A DNA stretch of 64,000 bases from Acidimicrobiales bacterium (GTDB lineage Bacteria; Actinomycetota; Acidimicrobiia; Acidimicrobiales; Bin134), in the NCBI GenBank assembly GCA_965208805.1, contig OZ242355.1, positions 1,480,982 to 1,544,981 of the forward strand, written 5' to 3'. Both the position numbers and the translations under genes were made by a program. The notes under the pieces were generated by a model. It did no database searches. It saw nothing but the letters and a program-made list of their open reading frames with translations, and was not told the DNA's origin. Position 1 is the stretch's first letter. The number at the start of each line of letters is the position of its first letter. Shown piece by piece: positions 44,435 through 52,546 of the stretch.

Positions 44435-45454
44435 TCAGGCTGTTCCAATGCTCGCCACCTTGTCCAAGATCCAGCTGTGCGACGGGCTGGCCCGCTTGTC
44501 GATTTCCTGGCCGAACCGGTTGAGGACGATCACACGGTGTTGACTGGTGATTCCGAGCCCGTTCCAGGAGGCGCCGGACGAATCCCACAGCATCTGGAGT
44601 GAATTCCCGGTTCCAGTGACTCGAACGAAGTGCTCGGCCTGACTCAGATTGTCTCGGGCGCCCACCCCGATCATGGTGAACTTGTCGGTGTTGTCTCGAG
44701 CCAACTGCTCGAGGCCGGGAGCTTCCCGGCGGCAGGTGGGTCAATGGGGGGCCCAGAACCACAGCACGATGGGCCGGTCAGAGGGGGCGAAGCTGGCCAG
44801 GTTGACGGAAGCCCCGGTGGCCACGTTCACCATCTCTACCGACGGCAAGTCTGAATCGGGAACCGGTGTCGGCTCCGGTGTTGGCGGTGGCGGCGGAGGT
44901 TGTGTCGGCTCCGGTGTTGACTCTGGAGGAGGCGTGGGCCTGACGGTGGACTGGGGTGTGGACACTGTCGCTGGTGTAGATGCCGGAGTCGGCTGGGAAG
45001 TGGAGGTTGCCGGTGGCACTGAAGTCGAAGTTGCTGCTGGCGCTGTGGTGGCGGGCGCTTCCGCGGTGGGCGCTGAGGTTGCCGCTGGCTCCTCGGGTGC
45101 GCTGGTTGCCTCAGTCTCAGTGGGTTCGGGAGCGGGAGCATCATCGGGCTCGGGCAGTCCGGGATCCGGACTTGGCTCAAGCTGGTCAGAGGGTTCAGTG
45201 GATGCCGCGGTCGGGTCGGCCGCGATGTCTGTTGGTGCCGCGGTCGGGTCGGCCGCGATGTCTGTTGGTGCCGCGGTCGGGTCGGCCGCGATGTCTGTTG
45301 GTGCCGCGGTCGGATCGGCCGCGATCTCGCCGCTGCCCTCTTCCGATGTCTCCGTACCCCCGCAGGCAGCAGCGGCCAGGGATAGAACCAGGGCTATGCC
45401 CGCGGCGGCGAACACTCTGGTTCGCCGCCCACGGCACAATGCCCGAATGCTCAC
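44435..45454 (-). CDS. TlpA/ResA-like thioredoxin-fold lipoprotein paralog with an in-frame UGA at the first CxxC position (candidate selenoprotein) and a long P/T/A-rich linker
   Basis: Lipobox LSLAAAAC-GG and a ~190-aa low-complexity linker, then ...DRPIVLWFWAPH [TGA 44741-44743] PTCRREAPGLEQLARDNTDKFTMIGVGARDN... The frame stays open to TGA 44435. Confidence 0.6.
44714..44743 (-). other. in-frame UGA plus downstream hairpin (candidate bacterial SECIS), copy 2
   Basis: Minus-strand RNA is UGA-CCCACCUGCC-[GCCGGG AAGCU CCCGGC]. Geometry matches copy 1; the internal difference from copy 1 lies in the loop (C to U). Confidence 0.45.
45204..45328 (-). repeat. in-frame 33-nt tandem repeat x3.8 in the linker of the second TlpA-like gene
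   Basis: gccgcggtcgggtcggccgcgatgtctgttggt at 45204, 45237 and 45270 (perfect), plus a diverged partial copy. It encodes DPTAAPTDIAA repeats. Confidence 0.95.
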
Positions 45455-45484
45455 CCTTCCAATGCTATCGGGCAGGCTCTGAAA

Positions 45485-47188
45485 TCACTCTCCGAGGCTG
45501 CGATAGGGAGCGGTCTGCTGGACGCAGGTGGGAATGTCGGGATCGCCGGGACATGGGAAATTGAACACCAACTCGGTCACCACATCAGGGGCGCCGAACT
45601 TGTTGGGGCCGAAGGTGGCGGGAAGCTGATGCTGGATGTCCACCGAACCCAGGTTCTGGAAGGCTGTGTAGATGTCCTGGCGAGTGGGGTTGGGCCCGGC
45701 GTCGTAGATGGCCCGGGCCACCATGCGCATTTCGGTACACACCGTTGAGGTCATGCCGTAGGCGCTGTCGTAGCTCCCGTAGATCTCCCGGGTGTGGCTA
45801 GCGCCGATGGCACTGTTAGCCGCATAAGTCTCGTTGCACATGATGTTCAGCGGTGCGTTGAAGCTGAGCACCGGGTCGTCGGAGCGGAAGTTCCCAGTGG
45901 GAGCATCGTCGATGATGATGGTGCCGTTGTACATCTCCGCGGCGGCGTCTCCGCCGAACTGAGCCACCTTGCCCGACACTAGGTCACCGGCCTGGCTGTT
46001 GAAGTCAGAGTTGTAGAACTGCACGTCGCCAGGGGCGTAACCCTGGTTGACCATCTCATTGATGAACTGGGGCAAGCTGAGCACGTTGAGGCCTGGGAAG
46101 ACCACGTCGACGCCCTCTTCCAGCATCCGCTCCACCGCGATGTCGTTGCCCTCACGGCAGGTGGTGGCCCCGCCGCAGCCGATCTGCTCGGCCACGGCGA
46201 TGTCGTAGCCAGCGGCCTCTATGACATCGATGATCCCGGCTTGCACGGTCTCGGGTTGCCCGGGGGTGTCGGGCCAGATCACCGCAATGGTCTTGCCGTC
46301 CAAGGCGCCGGTGTCGATGATCGCCTGGGTCATGTTGACCACTGAATCCTCGGCCACGGGGCTAAGCGAGTACAGCAGGCCGTTGGCTTGCTCATGGAAC
46401 TCGCGGGGGTTCCCCTGAGTGGTGAGGAACAGGGTGTCGTGGTCGGCCGCGATGCACAGGATTGCGCTGCCCTGGAAGCCGGTGGTATTGGTCACGATCA
46501 CCGCGTTGTGATCCTCGGTGGCTTCGATACAGGCTTGGTTGCGCAGCGTGTCGATGTCCTCGCCACCGCCGCCGAGCGCGGATACCTCTACGAGACGGAG
46601 ATCGATCTGGCGACCCCAGATCCCGTTGCAGTCTTCGTTGATCGCCTTGGTGAACGCCTCGAACATGTCAATGGGGTCGCCTACCGGAACGGCGAAGCCG
46701 ATGCCCTCCAGCTCCTCCAGCTTGGTGCGGAGGTGGACGATGGTGATGGAGTCCTCGGTGATGCCCACGTCGGTGGCCTGGGGTGGCGAATCCGGATCGG
46801 GCGTGGCCGTGCAGAACACGTCCAGCGACTGGAATGGGTGGGAGCGGTCGAAGGTCCTGTGAAAATCGATGAACAAGTCGCCCCGGGGCTCGTCGAAACC
46901 GATGTCCACCGGCTCTTCGGTTGCTGGTTCGGATGGCTCGCCTGAATCGTCGGATGGCTCAGAAGGCTCTTCTTCGTCGGTGGCCGGAGCCTCGGTGTCC
47001 TCTGCCGGTGCTGGCTCGTCTTCACCGTCGGTATCTACTGGGGCATCCGGTTCGTCGGTGGCCGGCGCCGCGGTTTCCTCTGCCGGGGCTGGTTGTGCAC
47101 CGTCGTCATCATCGTCGCCTCCGCATGCCGCGGCGATGAGCGTCAATGCCAGCAGTATCCCCAGAATCTTGAGCATCTTGTGAGTCAC
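45485..47188 (-). CDS. ABC transporter substrate-binding lipoprotein (Liv/type-1 periplasmic binding fold) with an acidic N-terminal linker
   Basis: Lipobox LTLIAAAC-GGDDDDD and a D/E/P/A-rich linker containing a diverged ~78-nt repeat. The body resembles branched-chain amino acid type SBPs. Divergent from the Liv-type transporter genes. Confidence 0.7.
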   Translation of the reverse strand: MTHKMLKILGILLALTLIAAACGGDDDDDGAQPAPAEETAAPATDEPDAPVDTDGEDEPAPAEDTEAPATDEEEPSEPSDDSGEPSEPATEEPVDIGFDEPRGDLFIDFHRTFDRSHPFQSLDVFCTATPDPDSPPQATDVGITEDSITIVHLRTKLEELEGIGFAVPVGDPIDMFEAFTKAINEDCNGIWGRQIDLRLVEVSALGGGGEDIDTLRNQACIEATEDHNAVIVTNTTGFQGSAILCIAADHDTLFLTTQGNPREFHEQANGLLYSLSPVAEDSVVNMTQAIIDTGALDGKTIAVIWPDTPGQPETVQAGIIDVIEAAGYDIAVAEQIGCGGATTCREGNDIAVERMLEEGVDVVFPGLNVLSLPQFINEMVNQGYAPGDVQFYNSDFNSQAGDLVSGKVAQFGGDAAAEMYNGTIIIDDAPTGNFRSDDPVLSFNAPLNIMCNETYAANSAIGASHTREIYGSYDSAYGMTSTVCTEMRMVARAIYDAGPNPTRQDIYTAFQNLGSVDIQHQLPATFGPNKFGAPDVVTELVFNFPCPGDPDIPTCVQQTAPYRSLGE

Positions 47189-47297
47189 GGTTACCCCTCT
47201 CCGTCGTATGGCGACGAACAGTAGCCGATGGTGATTGAGGGTGTATAGAGACCGAGTGATGCGCTGCCCCCGTGCAATGGCCTAGTCTCGCGGCCCG

Positions 47298-49643
47298 ATG
47301 GGGGACCAAATGGACGACTCGGTGGAACCGGACGTCGACGGCTCGCAGTTGGACGATCCAGCTCTGAACCACCCAGACAAGTTGGACGATCCAGCTCTGA
47401 ACCACCCAGACAAGTTGGACGATCCAGCTCTGAACCACCCAGACAAGTTGGACGATCCAGCCAATTTGGCCTCGGCGGTTTTCGAGGAGGAGTCCAAGCG
47501 CCTCGCCGAGCAGGCGGCCAAGTCGGAAGTGGTGGTGCTTCCCGACGATCTGCTGCCCGGTGTGGGCGAAGCGCCCATGACGTTGCGGCAGGGAATCCAG
47601 GCTGGCGGGGCAAGCATGCTCGTGGTGCTCTTCTTGCTCAACGTGATCGACGAGTTCGACCGGGTGGCAATCGCCGTGCTCCTGCCCGATCTCCAAGACG
47701 CCTTCGGCGTGTCGGACACGGTGATTCTGGGCATCTCCTCGTTTGGCGGTGTGGCCCTGGTGCTGGGGGCGGTGCCGCTGGCCTGGCTGGCCGACCGGGT
47801 GAAACGCACCCTCATCGTGCCAGTGGCCACTGCGGGGTGGGCGGTGAGTGTGTTTCTCACTGGTTTGGTGAAGAACCCATTCCAGTATTTCTGGACCCGG
47901 GTTCTCACCGGGGCGGGCCAGGCCAACCGCTTGCCGGTACACTCATCGCTGCTCACCGATACCTATCCCATACCGGCTCGGGCTCGGATTTTTGCCTTCG
48001 AGGGCATGGGTCGGCCCATTGGTCTGCTGATCGGACCGGTGCTGGCCGGCGCCATCGCCTCGATTGCCGGTGGGGATGACGGGTGGCGCTGGGCCTTCTA
48101 CATCTTCGCCATCCCGCCGGTTGTCCTGGCGCTGGTGTCTCTGATTTTGAAGGAACCCCCTCGAGCTGGCAACGAGCAGCAGGCCATCTTGGGCGAGCAG
48201 TACGAGATGCCCCCCATCGGGTCGGATCTTCCGGTTTCCATGTCCACGGCTTTCGCCCGACTCAAGAAGGTCAAGACCTTCTACTTTCTGGCCGTGGGGG
48301 TGGGCACCCTCGGCTTCGCGCTGGTCACGCTGCCCAGCCAGCTCAACCTGATGCTGGAAGACGAATACGGCTACGAGGCGTTCCAGCGGGGCTGGGTGAC
48401 GTCGCTGGTGTGGCTGGCCAGCCTGGTGGCCATCCCCATCTCGGGCTTCAAGTTCGACGGTATGTTCCGGGAGGATCCGGCCAAGATGGTGCGGACGGCG
48501 GGCACGCTCATCATTATGTCGGGCGTGCTGGTGCTCATCGCCATGCGATTCCACCAGCCTGCCATCATGATCTTCGGCATCAGTCTGGCCAACGCCTGCA
48601 CATCGGCCTCCTTCGTGGCCGCCGCCCCCACCATTGGCGCGGTAGCCCCTTACCGGATGAGGGCTCAGGCGTTCGCGCTGTTGCCGGTGTTCATCTTCTT
48701 GATGGGCGGGTTCATGGGCAGCATCATCGCCGGTTCCATCAGCGACGCCCACGGAGAGCGCCTGGCCATCAGCATCGTGGCCCCGCCGGCTTCGATAATC
48801 GGCGGTCTGCTGGTGGCTTACGGATCCCGCTACATCAAACGCGACATCTCGCTGGCGGTGAGTGAGCTGGTAGAGGAGCAGGAGGAGATGCGCCGCATGT
48901 CGGAGCATCCCGATGACATCCCGGTGCTCCAGGTTCGGGGACTGGACTACAGCTACGGCCCGGTGCAGGTGCTGTTCGACTGCGGGCTGGAGGTGCGCCG
49001 CGGCGAGACGCTGGCCCTGCTGGGCACCAACGGCGCAGGCAAGTCCACCCTGTTGCGGGCGGTCAGCGGTTTAGGCGTACCTGATCGGGGGGCCATCCGT
49101 CTCAACGGGCGCACCATCACCTACGCCGATGCTGAGCTGCGCTTCAAGCAGGGCATTGTGCAGGTGCGGGGAGGCGCCGGAGTGTTCCCCGGCCTGACGG
49201 TGGAGGAAAACCTCCTGGCCACCATGCTCAGCACGAAGGAGGAGAAGGCCGAGATCTCCCGGCGAGTCGAGCGAGTGTACGACGTATTTGGCGCGCTGCG
49301 GGAGAAGCGCAATCAAGCCGCGGGAGACCTCTCCGGTGGCCAGCAGCAGATGCTGGCCTTCGGGATGGGCTTGATGCACGAACCCGAGGTGCTGCTCATC
49401 GACGAGCTCTCGCTGGGCCTGGCCCCGGTGGTGGTGCAGGAGCTGTTGGAGGTTGTGGAACAACTGAAGGAGACCGGGCTCACCATGATCATCGTGGAGC
49501 AGTCGCTGAACGTGGCCCTGAGCGTGGCCGAGCGGGCGGTCTTCATGGAGAAGGGCCGGGTGCGCTTCGAGGGCCCGGCCCAGGAGCTGGCCGAGCGAGA
49601 CGACCTGGTGCGGGCGGTGTTCCTCGGTGCCGAGGGTGGTTGA
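47298..49643 (+). CDS. fusion protein: N-terminal 12-TM MFS-type domain plus C-terminal LivF-type ABC ATPase
   Basis: Single uninterrupted 781-codon ORF. Residues ~95-520 contain 12 hydrophobic segments and ...LADRVKRTL... (MFS loop 2-3 style). The C-terminus has GTNGAGKST, LSGGQQQMLAFG and LLIDELSLGLAP. Confidence 0.75.
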   Translation: MGDQMDDSVEPDVDGSQLDDPALNHPDKLDDPALNHPDKLDDPALNHPDKLDDPANLASAVFEEESKRLAEQAAKSEVVVLPDDLLPGVGEAPMTLRQGIQAGGASMLVVLFLLNVIDEFDRVAIAVLLPDLQDAFGVSDTVILGISSFGGVALVLGAVPLAWLADRVKRTLIVPVATAGWAVSVFLTGLVKNPFQYFWTRVLTGAGQANRLPVHSSLLTDTYPIPARARIFAFEGMGRPIGLLIGPVLAGAIASIAGGDDGWRWAFYIFAIPPVVLALVSLILKEPPRAGNEQQAILGEQYEMPPIGSDLPVSMSTAFARLKKVKTFYFLAVGVGTLGFALVTLPSQLNLMLEDEYGYEAFQRGWVTSLVWLASLVAIPISGFKFDGMFREDPAKMVRTAGTLIIMSGVLVLIAMRFHQPAIMIFGISLANACTSASFVAAAPTIGAVAPYRMRAQAFALLPVFIFLMGGFMGSIIAGSISDAHGERLAISIVAPPASIIGGLLVAYGSRYIKRDISLAVSELVEEQEEMRRMSEHPDDIPVLQVRGLDYSYGPVQVLFDCGLEVRRGETLALLGTNGAGKSTLLRAVSGLGVPDRGAIRLNGRTITYADAELRFKQGIVQVRGGAGVFPGLTVEENLLATMLSTKEEKAEISRRVERVYDVFGALREKRNQAAGDLSGGQQQMLAFGMGLMHEPEVLLIDELSLGLAPVVVQELLEVVEQLKETGLTMIIVEQSLNVALSVAERAVFMEKGRVRFEGPAQELAERDDLVRAVFLGAEGG
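47348..47461 (+). repeat. perfect in-frame 33-nt tandem repeat x3.5 at the 5' end of the MFS-LivF gene
   Basis: gttggacgatccagctctgaaccacccagacaa at 47348, 47381 and 47414, plus a partial copy. It encodes LDDPALNHPDK x3. Confidence 0.95.
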
Positions 49644-49687
49644 GCGGTGAGGCGAGCTGACGCAGGCCGAGACCGGATGGCCGTGCT

Positions 49688-52546
49688 GTGATCGACATCG
49701 GCTGGGAGATCTCCCAACAGGACTTGTTCTCGGGCAGCGTGCAGGGGCTCATAGTGGCCGCGCTGGCTGCGGGGTTCGTGCTCATCTACCGGTCCACCGG
49801 GGTGCTCAACTTCGCCCACGCCGAAATCGGCAGCTTTGGCGTGGCCCTGATGGCCATGCTCACGTTCCGCTACGACGTGCCCTACTGGCTGGCGTTTTTC
49901 TTGTCGGTTGGGGCGGCGGCTGGCTTTGCCATGGTCACTGAGCTGGTTGTGGTGCGGCGGCTCTTCAACTCGCCGCGCCTGGTGTTGTTCATCGCCACGC
50001 TGGGAGTGGCCCAGCTGGCCATCTTCGCGGCCATCCAGCTTCCCGACGTATCCCGGCCGGGGCCGTTTCCTCTGCCCCCTAAGCTCACTGCTCAAGAGTT
50101 TCGCTGGGAGGTCACCGACCACCTCCGCATCGGCGGGCGCGAGCTCATCGTGGTGATCATGGTGCCGCTGGTCATCGCCATACTGGCGCTGTTCTTGGGC
50201 CGAACCCGATTCGGGTTGGCCATCAGAGCCTCAGCGGAAAACTCCGACACCGGGAGGCTGTTCGGAATCAGCGTGCGACGGGTGTCCACCATGGTGTGGA
50301 CCATCGGCGGGGCCCTGGCCGGCGTCACGCTCATCTTGCTGGCGCCATTCCGGGTCAGCGCGGCCGACGCAGGCACCGCCAGCCTCGGGCCGGGGTTGCT
50401 TCTTCGCGTGCTGCTGGTGGCGTTGATCGCCCGAATGCGATCGCTGTGGGTCACTCTGATCGCCGGAATCTGTCTGGGTATCTTCCAGCGGCTGTTCCAA
50501 GGCAACGTCGACCGGGAGATCCGCGAGGCGGTGGATGTGATCTTCTTCATTGCCATCCTGGTGATCACGGTGATGTTCGCCCGCCGAGCCACCGAGGACG
50601 AGGGGGAATGGTCGCTCTCGCCCAAGGTGAAAGCCATTCCTGAGCGGCTAAGGGGCCTGTGGTACATCCGCAACCTCTCGAGGTTTGGATTCGTCGCCTT
50701 ATTCGGTGCTCTGGTGCTGCTCGGGCTGTTCCTCACCAAGAACTCCAATCTCTACACCTGGACCCGCATCCTGGGCTTCGCTTTGATCGCCTTGTCGGTG
50801 TCAATGCTCACCGGCTGGGCTGGGCAACTTTCATTGGGCCAATTCGCCTTCGCCGGGGTGGGTGGACTCACGGTGGTGGCGTTGACCGAGAACGGCGACA
50901 TCCCCATTCCATTCGACTGGTGGGATTGGTCGTTCGACCTTCCCTGGGGGGTGGCCATGGTGATTGCGGTGGCCGCGGGAATGATCACCGCATTCATCAT
51001 CGGCGTGCCCGCGCTGCGGGTGAAGGGGCTCATGCTGGCGGTGACCACGCTGGCGTTCGCCATCGCCGCCATGTCGTGGATCTTCGCGCAGGACGTGTTC
51101 ACTCAGGGAGCTACCAATACACCCAAAGTCATCCCTCCGGTTTGGGGTCCGTTCGACTTCACCGCCTCCCGGAAGTCGTACTTCTTCATGGTGCTTGCAT
51201 TGCTGGCTCTCGCGGTGTGGATGGTGGCCCACCTGCGCAAGACCGGAATTGGCCGGATGATGATCGCGGTGCGCGACAACGAGGACATGGCTGCCGCCTC
51301 CACCGTGTCGGGCAGCCGGATCAAGCTCATCTCGTTCACACTGGCCGGCGGGTTGGCCGCACTGGGAGGTGGGCTGATCATCACCGGCGAGCCCACCATC
51401 AACCCCCAAGTCCTGTTCAACTCCAATGAGTCGATCAATGTGATCGCCATCGCCATAATCGGCGGTCTGGGTTCGATCGCCGGACCCCTGCTGGGCGTGT
51501 TGTGGGTGAAGGGCATTCCCGCCATCTTCGGGGCCAGCGACGAGGTGCGGCTGCTCACCTCTGGTGTGGGTCTTCTTTTGCTGTTGATGTACTTCCCCGG
51601 CGGGATTATGCAGCTCCTCTACAAGCTGCGCGACTTCTTGTTGGGGATGGCCGATGAGCGCATGGCGGCCCGGGACATTCCCGAACCGGTGCCGGCGCTG
51701 GACAAGCCGGTGCCGATCACCAGCGAGCGCACTGTGTCGGTCGAGGAGGGTCTACCGTGGCTGGCGGTGCGGGACGTGCATGTCCACTTCGGCGGAAAGG
51801 TGGCGGTGGACGAGGTCTCCATAGACGTGTACAAGGGAGAGCTGGTTGGCCTGATCGGCTCCAATGGGGCGGGCAAATCAACCTTGATGAATGCCGTCAG
51901 CGGGTTCGTCCCGTTTAGGGGCGGAGTGGAAGTGCTGGGAAGGGACATCTCGCGCCTGCCGTCGTATCGCCGCCACCGGGGCGGCCTGGGCCGGGGATTC
52001 CAGCACGCCAAGATCTACCCGGATCTCACCGTAAGAGAAGCGTTGATGGTGGCGATGGAGGCCCGTGACCGTTCGTTGCTGGTTCCGTCGCTGCTGGGAG
52101 TGCCGCCTTCGCCGGGCCAAGAGCGGCGCAAGCGGGCAGACGTCGACAGCCTCATGGACTTTGTGGGGCTGGGGCGATACGCCGACCACTTCATCTCCAA
52201 CCTGTCCACCGGAACTCGCCGCATAGTGGAGTTGGCCAGCCTGCTGGCGGTGGACGCCAAGGTGCTGCTGCTGGACGAGCCCACCGGGGGGGTGGCCCAG
52301 CGGGAGAGCGAGGCGTTCGGTCCGCTCATCCGGCGCATCCAGGCCGAGCTGGGCGCAGCGGTGGTGGTGATCGAGCACGACATGCCGCTGGTCATGAGCA
52401 TCAGCGACCGGGTCTACTGCTTGGAGGCAGGGCGAGTGATCTCCGAGGGATCTCCGGAGGAGGTGCGGAACGATCCGCTGGTGATTGCCTCCTACCTGGG
52501 GACTGACGTGAGAGCTATTGAGCGCTCTGGGGAGCGTACGACCTAG
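49688..52546 (+). CDS. fusion protein: LivH-like permease plus LivM-like permease plus LivG-like ATPase
   Basis: Single 952-codon ORF. N-terminal LivH-style TM domain (FVLIYRSTGVLNFAHAEIGSFG), central LivM-style domain (LTGWAGQLSLGQFAFAGVGG), C-terminal GSNGAGKST...LSTGTRRIVELA...LLLDEPTGGVA. Confidence 0.8.
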   Translation: MIDIGWEISQQDLFSGSVQGLIVAALAAGFVLIYRSTGVLNFAHAEIGSFGVALMAMLTFRYDVPYWLAFFLSVGAAAGFAMVTELVVVRRLFNSPRLVLFIATLGVAQLAIFAAIQLPDVSRPGPFPLPPKLTAQEFRWEVTDHLRIGGRELIVVIMVPLVIAILALFLGRTRFGLAIRASAENSDTGRLFGISVRRVSTMVWTIGGALAGVTLILLAPFRVSAADAGTASLGPGLLLRVLLVALIARMRSLWVTLIAGICLGIFQRLFQGNVDREIREAVDVIFFIAILVITVMFARRATEDEGEWSLSPKVKAIPERLRGLWYIRNLSRFGFVALFGALVLLGLFLTKNSNLYTWTRILGFALIALSVSMLTGWAGQLSLGQFAFAGVGGLTVVALTENGDIPIPFDWWDWSFDLPWGVAMVIAVAAGMITAFIIGVPALRVKGLMLAVTTLAFAIAAMSWIFAQDVFTQGATNTPKVIPPVWGPFDFTASRKSYFFMVLALLALAVWMVAHLRKTGIGRMMIAVRDNEDMAAASTVSGSRIKLISFTLAGGLAALGGGLIITGEPTINPQVLFNSNESINVIAIAIIGGLGSIAGPLLGVLWVKGIPAIFGASDEVRLLTSGVGLLLLLMYFPGGIMQLLYKLRDFLLGMADERMAARDIPEPVPALDKPVPITSERTVSVEEGLPWLAVRDVHVHFGGKVAVDEVSIDVYKGELVGLIGSNGAGKSTLMNAVSGFVPFRGGVEVLGRDISRLPSYRRHRGGLGRGFQHAKIYPDLTVREALMVAMEARDRSLLVPSLLGVPPSPGQERRKRADVDSLMDFVGLGRYADHFISNLSTGTRRIVELASLLAVDAKVLLLDEPTGGVAQRESEAFGPLIRRIQAELGAAVVVIEHDMPLVMSISDRVYCLEAGRVISEGSPEEVRNDPLVIASYLGTDVRAIERSGERTT

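Noticed and set aside
43831-45454. Reading the two TlpA-like loci as plain pseudogenes, or as four separate small genes
   Set aside because: Not fully excluded. It is disfavoured because the TGA falls exactly on the catalytic Cys codon in both paralogs, the downstream thioredoxin-fold halves stay open and protein-like despite divergence, and a hairpin follows at SECIS-like distance. It is kept as the alternative hypothesis in the finding.
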